Assembly: GCA_044356455.1 (NCBI GenBank)
Contig: JBIKWF010000001.1
Span: 64,001 to 128,000 of the forward strand
From: Bdellovibrionota bacterium
Lineage (GTDB): Bacteria > Bdellovibrionota_C > UBA2361 > JBGSMV01
Direction of reading: 5' to 3'
DNA length: 64,000 nucleotides
How positions within the stretch are numbered: position 1 is the stretch's first letter; the number at the start of each line of letters is the position of its first letter. This document shows positions 47,563-58,027 of this stretch, piece after piece. Both the position numbers and the translations under genes were made by a program. The notes under the pieces are model-generated. The model was not told where the DNA came from. It saw only the letters and a list, made by a program, of their open reading frames with translations, and searched no databases.

Positions 47563-48795
47563 GTGAGAATAGTCTACGTATCAAACGGCCGCTTCCCTTC
47601 CGAAAAGGCGCACACCCTGCAGATTGTTAGGATGTGCGAAGCATTTGCCTCTCTCGGAGCGGAAGTGGTGCTGGTGTCCCCCCGCCGCGAGCAGCCCGAC
47701 CCGGCACTTCGTGGGGTTACGCTTGAGACGTTCTATGGCGTGGCGCACCCTTTTCGGCACGAAGTGCTTAAGAACGTCGACGTACTCTCAGGGCTTTGGA
47801 CTTCTCTGCCAAAGCCCATGGTTGCGCTACTGGTAGGCATTCAAAGTTTTCTTTGGCCACTATTTTGTGTGCTTTCCCTTTCAAGGTCGAGAGCTGAGTT
47901 GTTTTATACGAGAGACCTGGTTGCCGCGTTCTGGTTGTCCTGGCTTAGTTTTCCTTCAGTCTTCGAATTGCATCAACAACTCTCTTTGTTCGATAGGTTT
48001 TTGCTGCGCGGTATAGCACTCCGCAAGTCCTTTCGAGGAGTCATCACGGTTACTTCTTATCTGAAGACTGAGGTCATGAAGTGTGGGGTTTCGGAGGACA
48101 AAGTGTTAGTGTGGCATGATTGCGCCGATCCGAAGAATTATTCCAATCTTCCCACTCCTCTTGAATGCCGTATGAGGTTAGGGCTGCCGACCGAGGGGCT
48201 TATTATTGGATACCTTGGGCGCTTCGAGACTATGGGTAAAGAGAAAGGGCTTCCCGAACTTATTCGCGCGTTCGCCATAGTTGCACGGGAGATACCAAAG
48301 GCCCTTCTTGTCTGCGTCGGTGGGCCCTTGTCCCGTGTGCCTCAGTACGAACGAGAGTGCGATGCGCGAGGTCTGGACCGCGGTCGTGTTCGATTTGTTG
48401 ACAGGGTCTCTGCTCGCGAAACCCCGCTGTGGCTTCAAGCCTTCTCGGTGGCTGCGGCTCCTTTCCCCTGGACGGCTCATTACGCGCGTGCCATGTCCCC
48501 ATTGAAGATTTTCGAATATATGGCTGCCGGCCTCCCTATAGTTACAAGCGATCTTCCCTCCCTGCGAGAGATCCTCACGGACAAGGAAGATGCTCTTCTT
48601 GTTGCGCCGGGATCCGAAGAAGAGCTTGCCCGAGCCCTCTTAGACCTTGCAAGTTCTGAGCCTAAACGACAGGCCCTAGGAGCGGCAGCGAAGGAGAAGT
48701 CGAAGAGGTATACATGGGCCGCGAGGGCTTCAGATATTCTGGCGCGGTTTGGAGGAAGCGCGGAGGCAAGGTCACACGAGGCGGAGCAGGGGTAG
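47563..48795 (+). CDS. GT4 glycosyltransferase
   Basis: RFPSEKAHTLQIVRMCEAFA, SPLKIFEYMAAGLPIVTSDLP. Confidence 0.9.
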   Translation: MRIVYVSNGRFPSEKAHTLQIVRMCEAFASLGAEVVLVSPRREQPDPALRGVTLETFYGVAHPFRHEVLKNVDVLSGLWTSLPKPMVALLVGIQSFLWPLFCVLSLSRSRAELFYTRDLVAAFWLSWLSFPSVFELHQQLSLFDRFLLRGIALRKSFRGVITVTSYLKTEVMKCGVSEDKVLVWHDCADPKNYSNLPTPLECRMRLGLPTEGLIIGYLGRFETMGKEKGLPELIRAFAIVAREIPKALLVCVGGPLSRVPQYERECDARGLDRGRVRFVDRVSARETPLWLQAFSVAAAPFPWTAHYARAMSPLKIFEYMAAGLPIVTSDLPSLREILTDKEDALLVAPGSEEELARALLDLASSEPKRQALGAAAKEKSKRYTWAARASDILARFGGSAEARSHEAEQG

Positions 48796-48798
48796 TTC

Positions 48799-50055
48799 AT
48801 GGGGTTCGAAATATATCCTTTTTTTGTGTTCTTTCCGCTCACCATACTGGTGGCCCTTGCCGTTGCCCCGCGTGAGATTCCTCGTTCGAAGGTTCTTGGG
48901 TATTCGTTCTTTGGGCTTGGGCTAAGAGTTCCTTTGATGGTGTATTTGGCGCACCATTTTCCCTTTGACGATGAGCGTGCGTACAGCACGTTCGGTGAGT
49001 CAATTGCCGAGGCTCTTACTCACCAGAGCCCGAATGTTTGGGAGGAAAATTCGTTTGCCAATCTCACCGGGGTTCTTTACTACTTGGTCGGCCCATCAGA
49101 ATACACTGTTCGGTGCTTTAATGCGGCTTTAAGCATTGTAACTGCGTTTTTACTTGGCCACATTGCTATCCTGCTCTACTCGGAACAAAGGCTTCGTGAT
49201 CGTGTGCTTCGCTGGAGCATGTTTGCTCCGCCCGTAATGTTTATCTCAGTGCTTGGCCTTAAAGAGCAGCTTGTCGCCACCCTTGTCGTGGTGATGGTGC
49301 ATGGTTTTACCATTGGACGAGTAGGTGGTTTTGCGTATCTCTTCGGTTCGGCGATTCTCCTCTATATCTTTCGCCAGGATCTTGCACTCCTGCTTATTCC
49401 AGTAACCCTTTTCTTCGCTACCGTTAAGGTGTTTGGCGTCACCAAATCGACGCAGCTGCGCGCGCTCACGGCAGTCGTGTGTGCGATTGGGATAGTCACA
49501 GCCATTGTGGTGAGGGGCTATGAATCGGAGAAGCTTGAAGATAGTAAAATGCTCGCGATTCTTAAGGGAGCGGATACGCGCGGCGAAGAAGAGCTGTTGG
49601 GAAGCGGTGCTACCTATGCTCGTTTCTTGGACCCAAACTCTCCCGGCTCGACCCTTAATCTCTTGATTCCGCCAATCCATTCGCTCTTTTCACCGTCTCC
49701 GTTTCAGATTCTGACCTCCCCTGATGAATTTGTGGTGGTTCTTACCCTGTTTATTACTATCTTCACCTACTGGGGCACCCCTTACCTGCTTATTGCGATA
49801 GGGAGATTGGCCCTAAAACTGCCGGATAACTACATCCTTGCGGTGTATGGCGTTATTTACCTTTCTGCCGCTTATTCGATTCTTACCGCGGCACCAGAGC
49901 CTTTCAGGTATCGATGGCCTGGGATACCCCTGCTCACCTTCATCGTGGCGGTGGGCCGCTATATGCCATGGCGATTTCGAGTGCACATTGTCAGGGGCTG
50001 GTGGCTGGCCGCCGCAGCTTTTGGATATGTATACCTAAAGAGCTATCGAGGGTAA
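48799..50055 (+). CDS. Polytopic membrane protein, probable Wzy polymerase
   Basis: About 10 hydrophobic segments, DDERAY loop, LKE motif, large extramembrane loop and late RYR; inside a glycan locus. Confidence 0.6.
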   Translation: MGFEIYPFFVFFPLTILVALAVAPREIPRSKVLGYSFFGLGLRVPLMVYLAHHFPFDDERAYSTFGESIAEALTHQSPNVWEENSFANLTGVLYYLVGPSEYTVRCFNAALSIVTAFLLGHIAILLYSEQRLRDRVLRWSMFAPPVMFISVLGLKEQLVATLVVVMVHGFTIGRVGGFAYLFGSAILLYIFRQDLALLLIPVTLFFATVKVFGVTKSTQLRALTAVVCAIGIVTAIVVRGYESEKLEDSKMLAILKGADTRGEEELLGSGATYARFLDPNSPGSTLNLLIPPIHSLFSPSPFQILTSPDEFVVVLTLFITIFTYWGTPYLLIAIGRLALKLPDNYILAVYGVIYLSAAYSILTAAPEPFRYRWPGIPLLTFIVAVGRYMPWRFRVHIVRGWWLAAAAFGYVYLKSYRG

Positions 50056-50102
50056 GGTAGGCTCAGGAGCGAATGGCACTAAACTGAGCTTTGTTGACGC
50101 CT

Positions 50103-51404
50103 ATGCACGAGCGCATCCACGTCCTTCACATTATTACTACCATTGATAGGGGCGGGGCTGAAAATCACCTGTATTCTTTGGTTAAGCACCAGCGCGATAT
50201 TGGTTGGGCAGTCTCAGTTGCCTATTTGAAGGGCGCTCCTTACTGGAAGGTAAAATTTGAGCAGCTTGGAGTAGAGGTAGTTGGGCTGGGGCTGCGCTTT
50301 TATGGAGATCCCAAACCGTTACTTAAACTTATCAAGGAATGTAGGCGGCGGTCGGCAGCGGGGGGGGCGCAACTTGTTGTCCATGCCCATCTTCCCCCTG
50401 CCGAGCTTTATGCGCGCCTCGCGCTGGCGTGTGCTCACCTAGAGTGCCCCTTTCTTGTGTCGAGGCATAACGATGCTCCGTTTTATCGGGGGCCATTCGC
50501 TAAAGCGCTTTCGCGCTGGGTTCTAAAGCGTGCCGTACGTGTCATTGCCATTTCCTCTGCAGTAGCCGCCCGAGTGAAGAGCGAGCTTTCCGGTGTGAAG
50601 CATCGAGTCCCGGAAGTAGAAACTATTCCCTACGGTATTGGCGCGGATTGGCTACCTCCCCGAAGCGACTCTCTCTCTCTGAGGAAGGGAGGTCACGGTC
50701 GTTCCGCGGCTGCCTCGGCGGTTCGGAGTGCCCTCAATATTCCTAATGATGCCTTAGTAGTGGGAACTATTTCACGCCTAGTCCCCCAAAAGGCGCTACA
50801 CCTTTTGATTGAGGGTTTTTCGGAGTTCTCGTCGTCCTCGTTGTCGGATGGCGATAAGGCGGCAGGGGCCGAGTTCCTCGTGATCGTGGGAAGAGGCTCG
50901 CTCAAGAACGATCTCGAGTCTCTTGCGCAGCGACTTGGAGTTGGGTCTCAGGTGCGGTTTGTCTCTTTTACCGACGAAGTGCGTGCAACCCTGGAATCCT
51001 TTGACATTTTTGCACTAACTTCACTCTATGAGGGCTTTGGCTTAGTTCTTCTGGAGGCGATGGTATGCGAGCTTTCTATTCTCGCCACTCGTGTGAGTTC
51101 GATAGGGGATATTGTGGAGAATGAGCAGACCGGAATACTCGTCCCCCCGAACAATAGTGGGGCGATTGCAAAAGGCTTGAACGCCTTGCGTTCGCCAGAG
51201 GTGCGTCAGCGTTTGGGGCGTGCCGGAGGACTCCGAGTAAAGGAGTGCTTTTCGGAAGAAGTCATGTGTGAGCGGCTCGATCGAGTGTATGCTGGACTGT
51301 TTGACGGGATCTCTGGCAATGGCTTTCCTGGGGGCTTTCCTGGGGGCGTTGTTGGTGGAGGCTCGGAGCAATCGGTCGGAAATTCGGAGCGTAGGAGGGG
51401 CTGA
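50103..51404 (+). CDS. GT4 glycosyltransferase
   Basis: HIITTIDRGGAE, ISRLVPQKA, SLYEGFGLVLLEAM. Confidence 0.9.
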   Translation: MHERIHVLHIITTIDRGGAENHLYSLVKHQRDIGWAVSVAYLKGAPYWKVKFEQLGVEVVGLGLRFYGDPKPLLKLIKECRRRSAAGGAQLVVHAHLPPAELYARLALACAHLECPFLVSRHNDAPFYRGPFAKALSRWVLKRAVRVIAISSAVAARVKSELSGVKHRVPEVETIPYGIGADWLPPRSDSLSLRKGGHGRSAAASAVRSALNIPNDALVVGTISRLVPQKALHLLIEGFSEFSSSSLSDGDKAAGAEFLVIVGRGSLKNDLESLAQRLGVGSQVRFVSFTDEVRATLESFDIFALTSLYEGFGLVLLEAMVCELSILATRVSSIGDIVENEQTGILVPPNNSGAIAKGLNALRSPEVRQRLGRAGGLRVKECFSEEVMCERLDRVYAGLFDGISGNGFPGGFPGGVVGGGSEQSVGNSERRRG

Positions 51405-53479
51405 TGTGTGGGATAGTTGGAATATTCGCCCAGCGAGGACGCGCGCTTCGAGCTAAGATCGAAAGGGGAGTTCAGGCCCTCCGTCACCGTGGACCAGACG
51501 GGAGTGGCTGCGTGGTGCGCGAGCAAGAGGGCATCGCTCTTGGTCATACTCGACTTGCTATCCTCGACCTGTCAGAGCGTGGGGCTCAGCCTATGACGTC
51601 TGCGTCAGGCAGGTACGTGGTTACCTTCAATGGGGAAATCTACAATTTTCCTTTTCTTCGTCGTGAGCTTGAAGTGCTTGGCGCTCAGTTTAGCGGGACC
51701 AGCGATACCGAAGTGATTCTTGCGGGGTGCGAGTATTGGGGTATCGAAGACACCATTACGCGTCTCGAGGGCATGTTTGCTTTGGGTGTGTGGGATGAAG
51801 AACGTAAATTGCTGCACCTCGCCCGCGACAAGCATGGGATTAAGCCTTTGTATTATGGTTTCATTCGTGCGCAGGGAATAGGGGAATTTCTATTCTTTGG
51901 ATCGGAGCTGCGGCTTGTTCAGGCGCTGGGGGATGAAATACCCCCTCAATCGAAGGCTGCATTCGAATTGTTCATGAAGTTAGGGTACGTGCCGTATCCC
52001 TATTCAATTTATGAGGGTGTTTTTAAGCTTCCACCCGGGTGTTCGATTACGGTCAATCAGAACGATGTGCGAAGAGGCCTTACGGGACTCTCTCCGTGGG
52101 TCACAGGTCCCGCCGATCTTGTGAGGCCGGTAGCGTACTTTTCTCATGAGGATAGGTTTTCAGCATGTCTTCTAAGTCGTGACTCTTCTGCCCCTGGAAA
52201 CGTAGTCGATGAGCTTGAGGGGGTTCTTGGGAACGCGGTTGAAAGACATATGCTTTCGGATGTGCCGCTTGGTTCGTTTCTTTCTGGGGGTATCGATTCG
52301 ACGCTCATCACTGCGCTCATGCAGCGGCGGTCTTCTAAGCCTATTCGGAGCTTTACCATCGGATTTCATGAGGCCGGTTTCGATGAGGCGAAGGACGCGC
52401 GGCGCATTGCATTCCATTTAGGAACCGATCATCACGAACTCTATGTCTCACCTCCCGACGTCATTGGCGTGATCCCTGAAATTCCCTCAATCTATGATGA
52501 GCCTTTTGCCGATTCTTCACAGATTCCTACCCTTCTTGTTTCGCGATTCGCCTCGTCGTCCGTAAAGGTTGTTTTGAGCGGTGATGGCGGCGACGAAGTA
52601 TTCGGGGGGTATAACCGGCACCTTTGGACGCCTCGCCTCACCTCCATTCTGAGTATTTTCCCGCATCTACTTCGAAGAGTAGCAGCAAGTTCGCTCAGAA
52701 AAGTTCCAGAAGGATTCTGGAATTCCTTAAGTCGTATTGTCGGACGGGTAATTCCAGTCGGGAGCCTCCCTGCCGTTCTCCCTGAAAAAATTACCAAGAT
52801 GCTGAGCCTTATTGATGCCAAAGATTTGCTCGACTTGTATGACCGCATGATTTCGGTTTGGCAGAATTCCGCTGAAGCATTAACAGAAGGTGGATCTGTT
52901 GGTCGGCAGTTTCTTGCGCGGTTTCAGCGAACTGCGCAGGCGAGCGTAGCGGAGCAGATTATGTTTTGGGATCTGCGTACGTACTTAGTAGGTGACATTC
53001 TTACGAAGGTAGACCGCGCATCCATGCACTACGGGCTCGAGGCACGTGTCCCTTACTTGGACCAGTCGGTGGTCGATTTTAGTTGGCAGCTACCGCTGAA
53101 TCATAAAGTGAATAGGGGAACCACGAAAGCGATTCTGCGAGAGTTGCTGTATCGCTACGTCCCCGCTTCGTTATTTGAGCGTCCGAAGATGGGCTTTGGT
53201 ATCCCCCTGGAGTCTTGGCTCAAAGGGCCGCTCCGCGGGTGGGCGGAGGATCTGCTCGATGTGCGGAAGCTTCGGGAGGACGAGGCTCTTAATGTGGACG
53301 TCGTTCGGGCAACGTGGAATGAATTCTCACACTCTAACAAGAAGTTCCATTACCGTATCTGGAATGTGCTCATGTATCGCGCGTGGAAAGACGCGGTTGC
53401 CCATGGAAAGTTCTCTGATGTGTCTGAAGGGGGACGCGAGTCCGGTCATGATTTGCGTATTGTTGCCGGCGGCAAGTAG
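51404..53479 (+). CDS. asnB: AsnB-type glutamine amidotransferase (copy 2)
   Basis: MCGIVG, HRGPD, FNGEIYNF, FLSGGIDS, DEPFADSSQIPT, SGDGGDEVFGGY, ILTKVDRASM, ERPKMGFGIP. Confidence 0.94.
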   Translation: MCGIVGIFAQRGRALRAKIERGVQALRHRGPDGSGCVVREQEGIALGHTRLAILDLSERGAQPMTSASGRYVVTFNGEIYNFPFLRRELEVLGAQFSGTSDTEVILAGCEYWGIEDTITRLEGMFALGVWDEERKLLHLARDKHGIKPLYYGFIRAQGIGEFLFFGSELRLVQALGDEIPPQSKAAFELFMKLGYVPYPYSIYEGVFKLPPGCSITVNQNDVRRGLTGLSPWVTGPADLVRPVAYFSHEDRFSACLLSRDSSAPGNVVDELEGVLGNAVERHMLSDVPLGSFLSGGIDSTLITALMQRRSSKPIRSFTIGFHEAGFDEAKDARRIAFHLGTDHHELYVSPPDVIGVIPEIPSIYDEPFADSSQIPTLLVSRFASSSVKVVLSGDGGDEVFGGYNRHLWTPRLTSILSIFPHLLRRVAASSLRKVPEGFWNSLSRIVGRVIPVGSLPAVLPEKITKMLSLIDAKDLLDLYDRMISVWQNSAEALTEGGSVGRQFLARFQRTAQASVAEQIMFWDLRTYLVGDILTKVDRASMHYGLEARVPYLDQSVVDFSWQLPLNHKVNRGTTKAILRELLYRYVPASLFERPKMGFGIPLESWLKGPLRGWAEDLLDVRKLREDEALNVDVVRATWNEFSHSNKKFHYRIWNVLMYRAWKDAVAHGKFSDVSEGGRESGHDLRIVAGGK

Positions 53480-53578
53480 CCCTCTCAAGGGGAAAAGGCC
53501 CACGCAGGAATCCCGAGCAGAGGTCCTTCCCCAGTTGGGGGGGGGGCGCCAGTTAGGGGTCTCCAGTCTCTTCGACTC

Positions 53579-54727
53579 TTAGGCCGGTCGGCTCTCAGGT
53601 AGTGCCGTCCCAGAAAACGAGTTCCCGGGCGGGGGGCTTTCAGGCGGCGCAATAAGAGAGCGAATTCTTGGATCGTCGAAGAGTTTCTGATTGCGTTGCA
53701 CCCAAGTGAAAATTTCCCTGACACCTGTCCTCACGTCGGTCTTTGGCTCCCATAAAAGGACATTCTTGGCGTGGCGTATGTCGCAAATAAAACACTTTTG
53801 GTCTCCCGGGCGCCACTCGTGGTGCTCTGCCCGTGGAACTTTTCCGATTACCTCCTGAAGGAGGCCCCGAAACTCTTCCCAGACGGAAAGGGTAAAGCGA
53901 GCCCCGCCCCCAATGTTGAAGATATGGCCGGCTGCGGCTGCACGTCTTGTGAGGGCAGCATCGTAGGCATCGAGTAAATCTTCCACGTAGAGGAGATCCC
54001 GAACCTGCTTTCCGTTTCCAAATATCTTTACCGGCCGATTGAGGTGAGCCTGCAAAAGGATCCACGCAACCCAGCCTTGGTCCCCAATTCCAAACTGGGA
54101 TGGCCCGTAGATGCAGCTTTGCCGCATCACTACCGTGGGAATGCCGTACATGCGGCTGTAGTCACGAACATACTGGTCCCCGGCTCCCTTTGAGCAGCCG
54201 TAGGGAGAGTGAAAGTCGAGGGGCTGCGATTCTGATATGCCGTCGGGATGCTGAGGGAAGAAATATCGAGTGGCGCCCTCGGAAACTGGGACGTCCTCAA
54301 GATCCCCGTAGACTTTATTAGTTGAGGCGTAGATTACAAAAGGGTTGCGTCCTGAGCGTCTGGCGGCCTCGAGAATGTTGAGAGTGCCTCTGGCGTTTAT
54401 CTCGAAGTCGGCCACGGGGTCCACAACGGAAGAGGTCACCGCGACTTGCCCGGCTAAATGGACAATTGCATCTGCACTGCTCAGAAGCTGGTTCATCAGC
54501 TCTCCCGACCTGATGTCTGCCTGGTGAAAGTTAAATGAACCTTGTCCGAAATCTCTACGTAGTAGCTCTAGGTTAATCTCCGAACCTGGCCGGGATAGGT
54601 TGTCGATCAAAGTCACCTGCTGACGCCGTCCAATGAGCCGGCGTGCGTAGTTGCTGCCAATAAAACCGGCACCACCTGTCACGACGATGTGGGACGGAAA
54701 ACAGGAATCAAAAGCTGTGTTAGCCAT
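53579..54727 (-). CDS. NAD-dependent sugar epimerase (CDP-tyvelose 2-epimerase/RfbE-like)
   Basis: TGGAGFIGS, HLAGQVAVT, STNKVYG, PLDFHSPYGCSKGAGDQYVRDY, RQSCIYG..Q...DQGWVAW. Confidence 0.88.
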   Translation of the reverse strand: MANTAFDSCFPSHIVVTGGAGFIGSNYARRLIGRRQQVTLIDNLSRPGSEINLELLRRDFGQGSFNFHQADIRSGELMNQLLSSADAIVHLAGQVAVTSSVVDPVADFEINARGTLNILEAARRSGRNPFVIYASTNKVYGDLEDVPVSEGATRYFFPQHPDGISESQPLDFHSPYGCSKGAGDQYVRDYSRMYGIPTVVMRQSCIYGPSQFGIGDQGWVAWILLQAHLNRPVKIFGNGKQVRDLLYVEDLLDAYDAALTRRAAAAGHIFNIGGGARFTLSVWEEFRGLLQEVIGKVPRAEHHEWRPGDQKCFICDIRHAKNVLLWEPKTDVRTGVREIFTWVQRNQKLFDDPRIRSLIAPPESPPPGNSFSGTALPESRPA

Positions 54728-54764
54728 AATGAAGAGTGAGTACCATATGAAACAATCTCTGTCT

Positions 54765-55901
54765 TCAGGGACTATTTGGGAGGCGAGGATTAAGGCTTAC
54801 GAGGGCTTCCGCCGTTTGCGTTTCCATTTCGAACAGCGAGTACAAAGCCTGAACCTTGGCCCTGGCTTGGTCAAAATTAGGAAGGGCCCCCGGGGTCAGG
54901 ACTGCGGATATGGCGCTTGCAAGGGCGCCCGCATCTCTCGTCTCTACCAAGAACCCTGTTCCCCCATGCGTTACGACCTCCGAGGTCCCCCCAACGTTGC
55001 GCGCGACGACAGGGGTACCAAGCAGGATCGACTCAAGCAGCACGTGAGGAAGCCCCTCATATTCAGAATTCAAAACGCATGCCGAGGCTTGAGAAAGTTC
55101 TTGAAGCACTTCTTCTCGAGGGAGTGCTCCTCGCAACCGAACCCGCTGCTCCAGGGATAGATCTCGAATGTGATTCCGTAGCACGCTCTCGAGAGGTCCC
55201 TCGCCGATGATATCGAGCGAGACACCGGGGAGGGTCCCCACGGCGCTCACCAGCTCTTGCACCCCCTTCCACGGGACAAGGCGGCATATCGTCACGATTC
55301 TGCTGGGGATGCGATGTTGGGGCGCTGCCTCGGGAACTTTAATTGCGTTTCGAATGATCTTAATGCGTGTGTCTGAGACTCCCCACCCCTGAACAATTTT
55401 GCCTAGATATGCACTAGGGGTCACTACGAGGCTGGCCCGCGAGACCACAAGACGGCGCAGCACGGCAAGCACGCGCGCTCTCAAGCTACCAGGGCGCTTC
55501 TGGAAGTCATCAATTGTTTGGCTGGTATAGCCTCTCCCCACTGAACGTTCCCAGGCGGGATCCCCCACGATTTTCATGAGTACAGGTCTTGGGGAAAACA
55601 GCTTTGCAAGCGCTACGAGTCCATAGAGCCCGTTCGCGAGGACCACGTCGCACGTCCGCATTTCCTCTGCTACGAGGGAAAGCGAGTTCCACAGCCTGCG
55701 GAAAAGGGGGGCTTTTCGTGAGTACCGCAGGACGGTGTAGGTGAGAGCGGAGTCGGAATCTCGCGGATTCGTTTCATCAGCTGCCGTTACGACGCGCACG
55801 AAATGCCCTTGCTCTGCAAGAAATTTGGCGATGTGTGGCACGTAGGTGGCAGGGCCCCCGATGTCCGGAGGGAAGATTCCAGTCGTAATGAGTATCCGCA
55901 T
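54765..55901 (-). CDS. GT4 glycosyltransferase
   Basis: MRILITTGIFPPDIGGPATY, KIVGDPAWER, RLVPWKG, NSEYEGLPHVLLE. Confidence 0.9.
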   Translation of the reverse strand: MRILITTGIFPPDIGGPATYVPHIAKFLAEQGHFVRVVTAADETNPRDSDSALTYTVLRYSRKAPLFRRLWNSLSLVAEEMRTCDVVLANGLYGLVALAKLFSPRPVLMKIVGDPAWERSVGRGYTSQTIDDFQKRPGSLRARVLAVLRRLVVSRASLVVTPSAYLGKIVQGWGVSDTRIKIIRNAIKVPEAAPQHRIPSRIVTICRLVPWKGVQELVSAVGTLPGVSLDIIGEGPLESVLRNHIRDLSLEQRVRLRGALPREEVLQELSQASACVLNSEYEGLPHVLLESILLGTPVVARNVGGTSEVVTHGGTGFLVETRDAGALASAISAVLTPGALPNFDQARAKVQALYSLFEMETQTAEALVSLNPRLPNSP

Positions 55902-56002
55902 ACTTCCACTCGCCTTGCCAACGCAGCTTCGCCTTCTCTCGTGCCGCCTGCGGTAGAGACACTCTCGACACTCGACCGGAAACCAGGGAGAGTGGTGCCA
56001 CC

Positions 56003-57334
56003 GTGACCACAAGCCTTAGGCGCCTTTTCCGCAACTCTGGTATACTCCTCCTTGGCGCCGGCCTCAACGCCGGCATTAGTCTTGTGCAGTCTGTTTTGGT
56101 AGCGGGGATCCTTGGCCCCGAGGGTCTTGGGGTAGTGGCTGGGGCCCTGGCTTTACCAACCCTATGTGCCGGCCTTCTTGGATTTAGGACCTCCGAGGCG
56201 CTTTCTTCGCTTTACACCTCTCGGGCTGCCGAGGGGGATTCCGCTGCGTGTGGCAGACTACTCGCGGGAAGCTTAGCTGCGGACCTTGTCTCAGCGCTTG
56301 TAACCTTTGCCTGCTGTGCGCTTCTGTATGCCACGTCGGTTTTCCCCAAAGGCCTTGCAGGAGAGGGGGAGTTTCTCACGCTGCTTTATTGTGGTGTTTT
56401 TCTTTTTCTCCCGTTTATTACTCTCGGAACGGCTATCTTGCGCGAATCCAATCGCTATAAATGGCTCTCCATCGTTCCGGTTCTGGCTTCGCTGGCGCAA
56501 TTGATGTGGGTAGCTTTTTACGCGCACTTCGGCACCTTAACACCCCTTTTCGTCGTGCTTTCCTATTTCGTCGCCCAAGGGTGCCAGGCGTTAATCTTTA
56601 TCGTTCTAGGACTCAGGCTCGTGAAGTTCCGAGTGGGGGTTTCGGCGCAAGACGTCATTTCGCATCTATTGAGAGGCTCTTTCTTTAAGGAGCGTGCTTT
56701 TATTAGTGTGCTGCGCGCGTCCTATTTTTCTGGTTCCCTCACTGCGATAATTAAAAATGGGGACCTGGTGCTGCTCGGGGCCATATCGGGCTCAGCGGAG
56801 GTGGGATGCTACCGAATTGCGAAGCAGCTTGTGGGACTTCTGCAAACCGCGGGTGCAAGTTTGTCCGGAGTAGTGTTTCAGGACTTTAATCACCATTGGG
56901 CTCGGGGAGAGTCAGCCGAGAAGATGCTGTGGCATGTGCGCCGCATGATGCGTTTCTGGGGACCTCTTGTGGCGGGTGGAGTGATAGCTGCCTGGTACGC
57001 AATTCCAGGGGTTATTGATATTCTATACGGCGGCGCGTTTGCTCCGGCCGTCTCTCATTTCCGCATTCTGATTTTCGGTATTGGTGTGGTAACTGCTTTT
57101 TTCTGGTCTCAGCCGTTAGCGCTGAGTTTAGGTGGCTGGGGCCTCCAATCACGGGTGTCGCTTGTAGCGGTTGCGGTATTCTTGGTGATTGGCGTGGGGC
57201 TAGCAGAGTCCCTTGGTGCGCGGGGCGTAGTGATCGGGGTTTCGGCATCCTGGGCAACAGGAACGCTGCTTTTTGTCATTTTCGGTCTGACAAAGCTTAG
57301 AAGATTGAGCAAAGTTGCTACTTCTCAGCGATAA
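56003..57334 (+). CDS. wzx: Wzx-type oligosaccharide flippase
   Basis: About 12 TMs; RNSGILL..., LGPEGLG, DLVLLG...AEVGCYRIA, LYGGAF (MOP/PST signature). Confidence 0.82.
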   Translation: MTTSLRRLFRNSGILLLGAGLNAGISLVQSVLVAGILGPEGLGVVAGALALPTLCAGLLGFRTSEALSSLYTSRAAEGDSAACGRLLAGSLAADLVSALVTFACCALLYATSVFPKGLAGEGEFLTLLYCGVFLFLPFITLGTAILRESNRYKWLSIVPVLASLAQLMWVAFYAHFGTLTPLFVVLSYFVAQGCQALIFIVLGLRLVKFRVGVSAQDVISHLLRGSFFKERAFISVLRASYFSGSLTAIIKNGDLVLLGAISGSAEVGCYRIAKQLVGLLQTAGASLSGVVFQDFNHHWARGESAEKMLWHVRRMMRFWGPLVAGGVIAAWYAIPGVIDILYGGAFAPAVSHFRILIFGIGVVTAFFWSQPLALSLGGWGLQSRVSLVAVAVFLVIGVGLAESLGARGVVIGVSASWATGTLLFVIFGLTKLRRLSKVATSQR

Positions 57335-57989
57335 AACAATAGGCAAGTGGCTGACGCTCTGTCCATGACACCTTTGGCTTAAGGCGCATGACAAAAGAAT
57401 CAAGAGCCCAAATGATAGGTAAGAGGAGTAGCCTCAAGCCCTTCGGCAGCAGAAATTCGATTTGGTAAAAACCTGCAGTGAATGGCCCGCGACCGATAGC
57501 AGTAATTTCTGCGTGGCGGAACCCCGCATCAAGAAGAAGCTCCTCAAGGCCTTGCCGAGTGAGGCGTACAAAGTCCTTGGGGTCAGGGTGGACATTCACC
57601 AAAAACGGCACAGAGCCAATCAGGGTTCCTCCCTTCCTTAGAACTCGTCGAATTTCTTCAGCAACCAAACGACGCTTAGAAAGGTGCTCGAAAATATTGA
57701 ACGCGAGTACATGATCCATCGTTTCGTCGGGCAAAGGCAGTTTCTCTTCTTCGAGGTTTATCACGATGTCGGGCTGCGAGGAGGGGTTTATGTCGGCGGT
57801 TTTTATGGTCGCGCCCTCTTCTGTTTCTAGAAATCTGAAGTGGCTCGCGCGAACCCCACCTCCACCGACATCGAGGATTGCGCCGCGGAGTTTCGTCCCA
57901 AGCATTCGCGCATTGGTCAAAATGCGTGCGCTGTCCTTGCCTTTAATAACCTCACCAGCGTACGCAAGAAAACCTAAATGATGTGTCAT
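57318..57989 (-). CDS. Class I SAM methyltransferase (type 11-like)
   Basis: ILDVGGG, LPLPDE..D, FNIFEHL, VPFLVNVHPDPKDFVRLT. Start uncertain (57989 or 58043). Confidence 0.85.
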   Translation of the reverse strand: MTHHLGFLAYAGEVIKGKDSARILTNARMLGTKLRGAILDVGGGGVRASHFRFLETEEGATIKTADINPSSQPDIVINLEEEKLPLPDETMDHVLAFNIFEHLSKRRLVAEEIRRVLRKGGTLIGSVPFLVNVHPDPKDFVRLTRQGLEELLLDAGFRHAEITAIGRGPFTAGFYQIEFLLPKGLRLLLLPIIWALDSFVMRLKPKVSWTERQPLAYCFIAEK

Positions 57990-58027
57990 AGTGCCGGCTA
58001 CCTCTTCATATTTCTTTCGTCGGTAAA

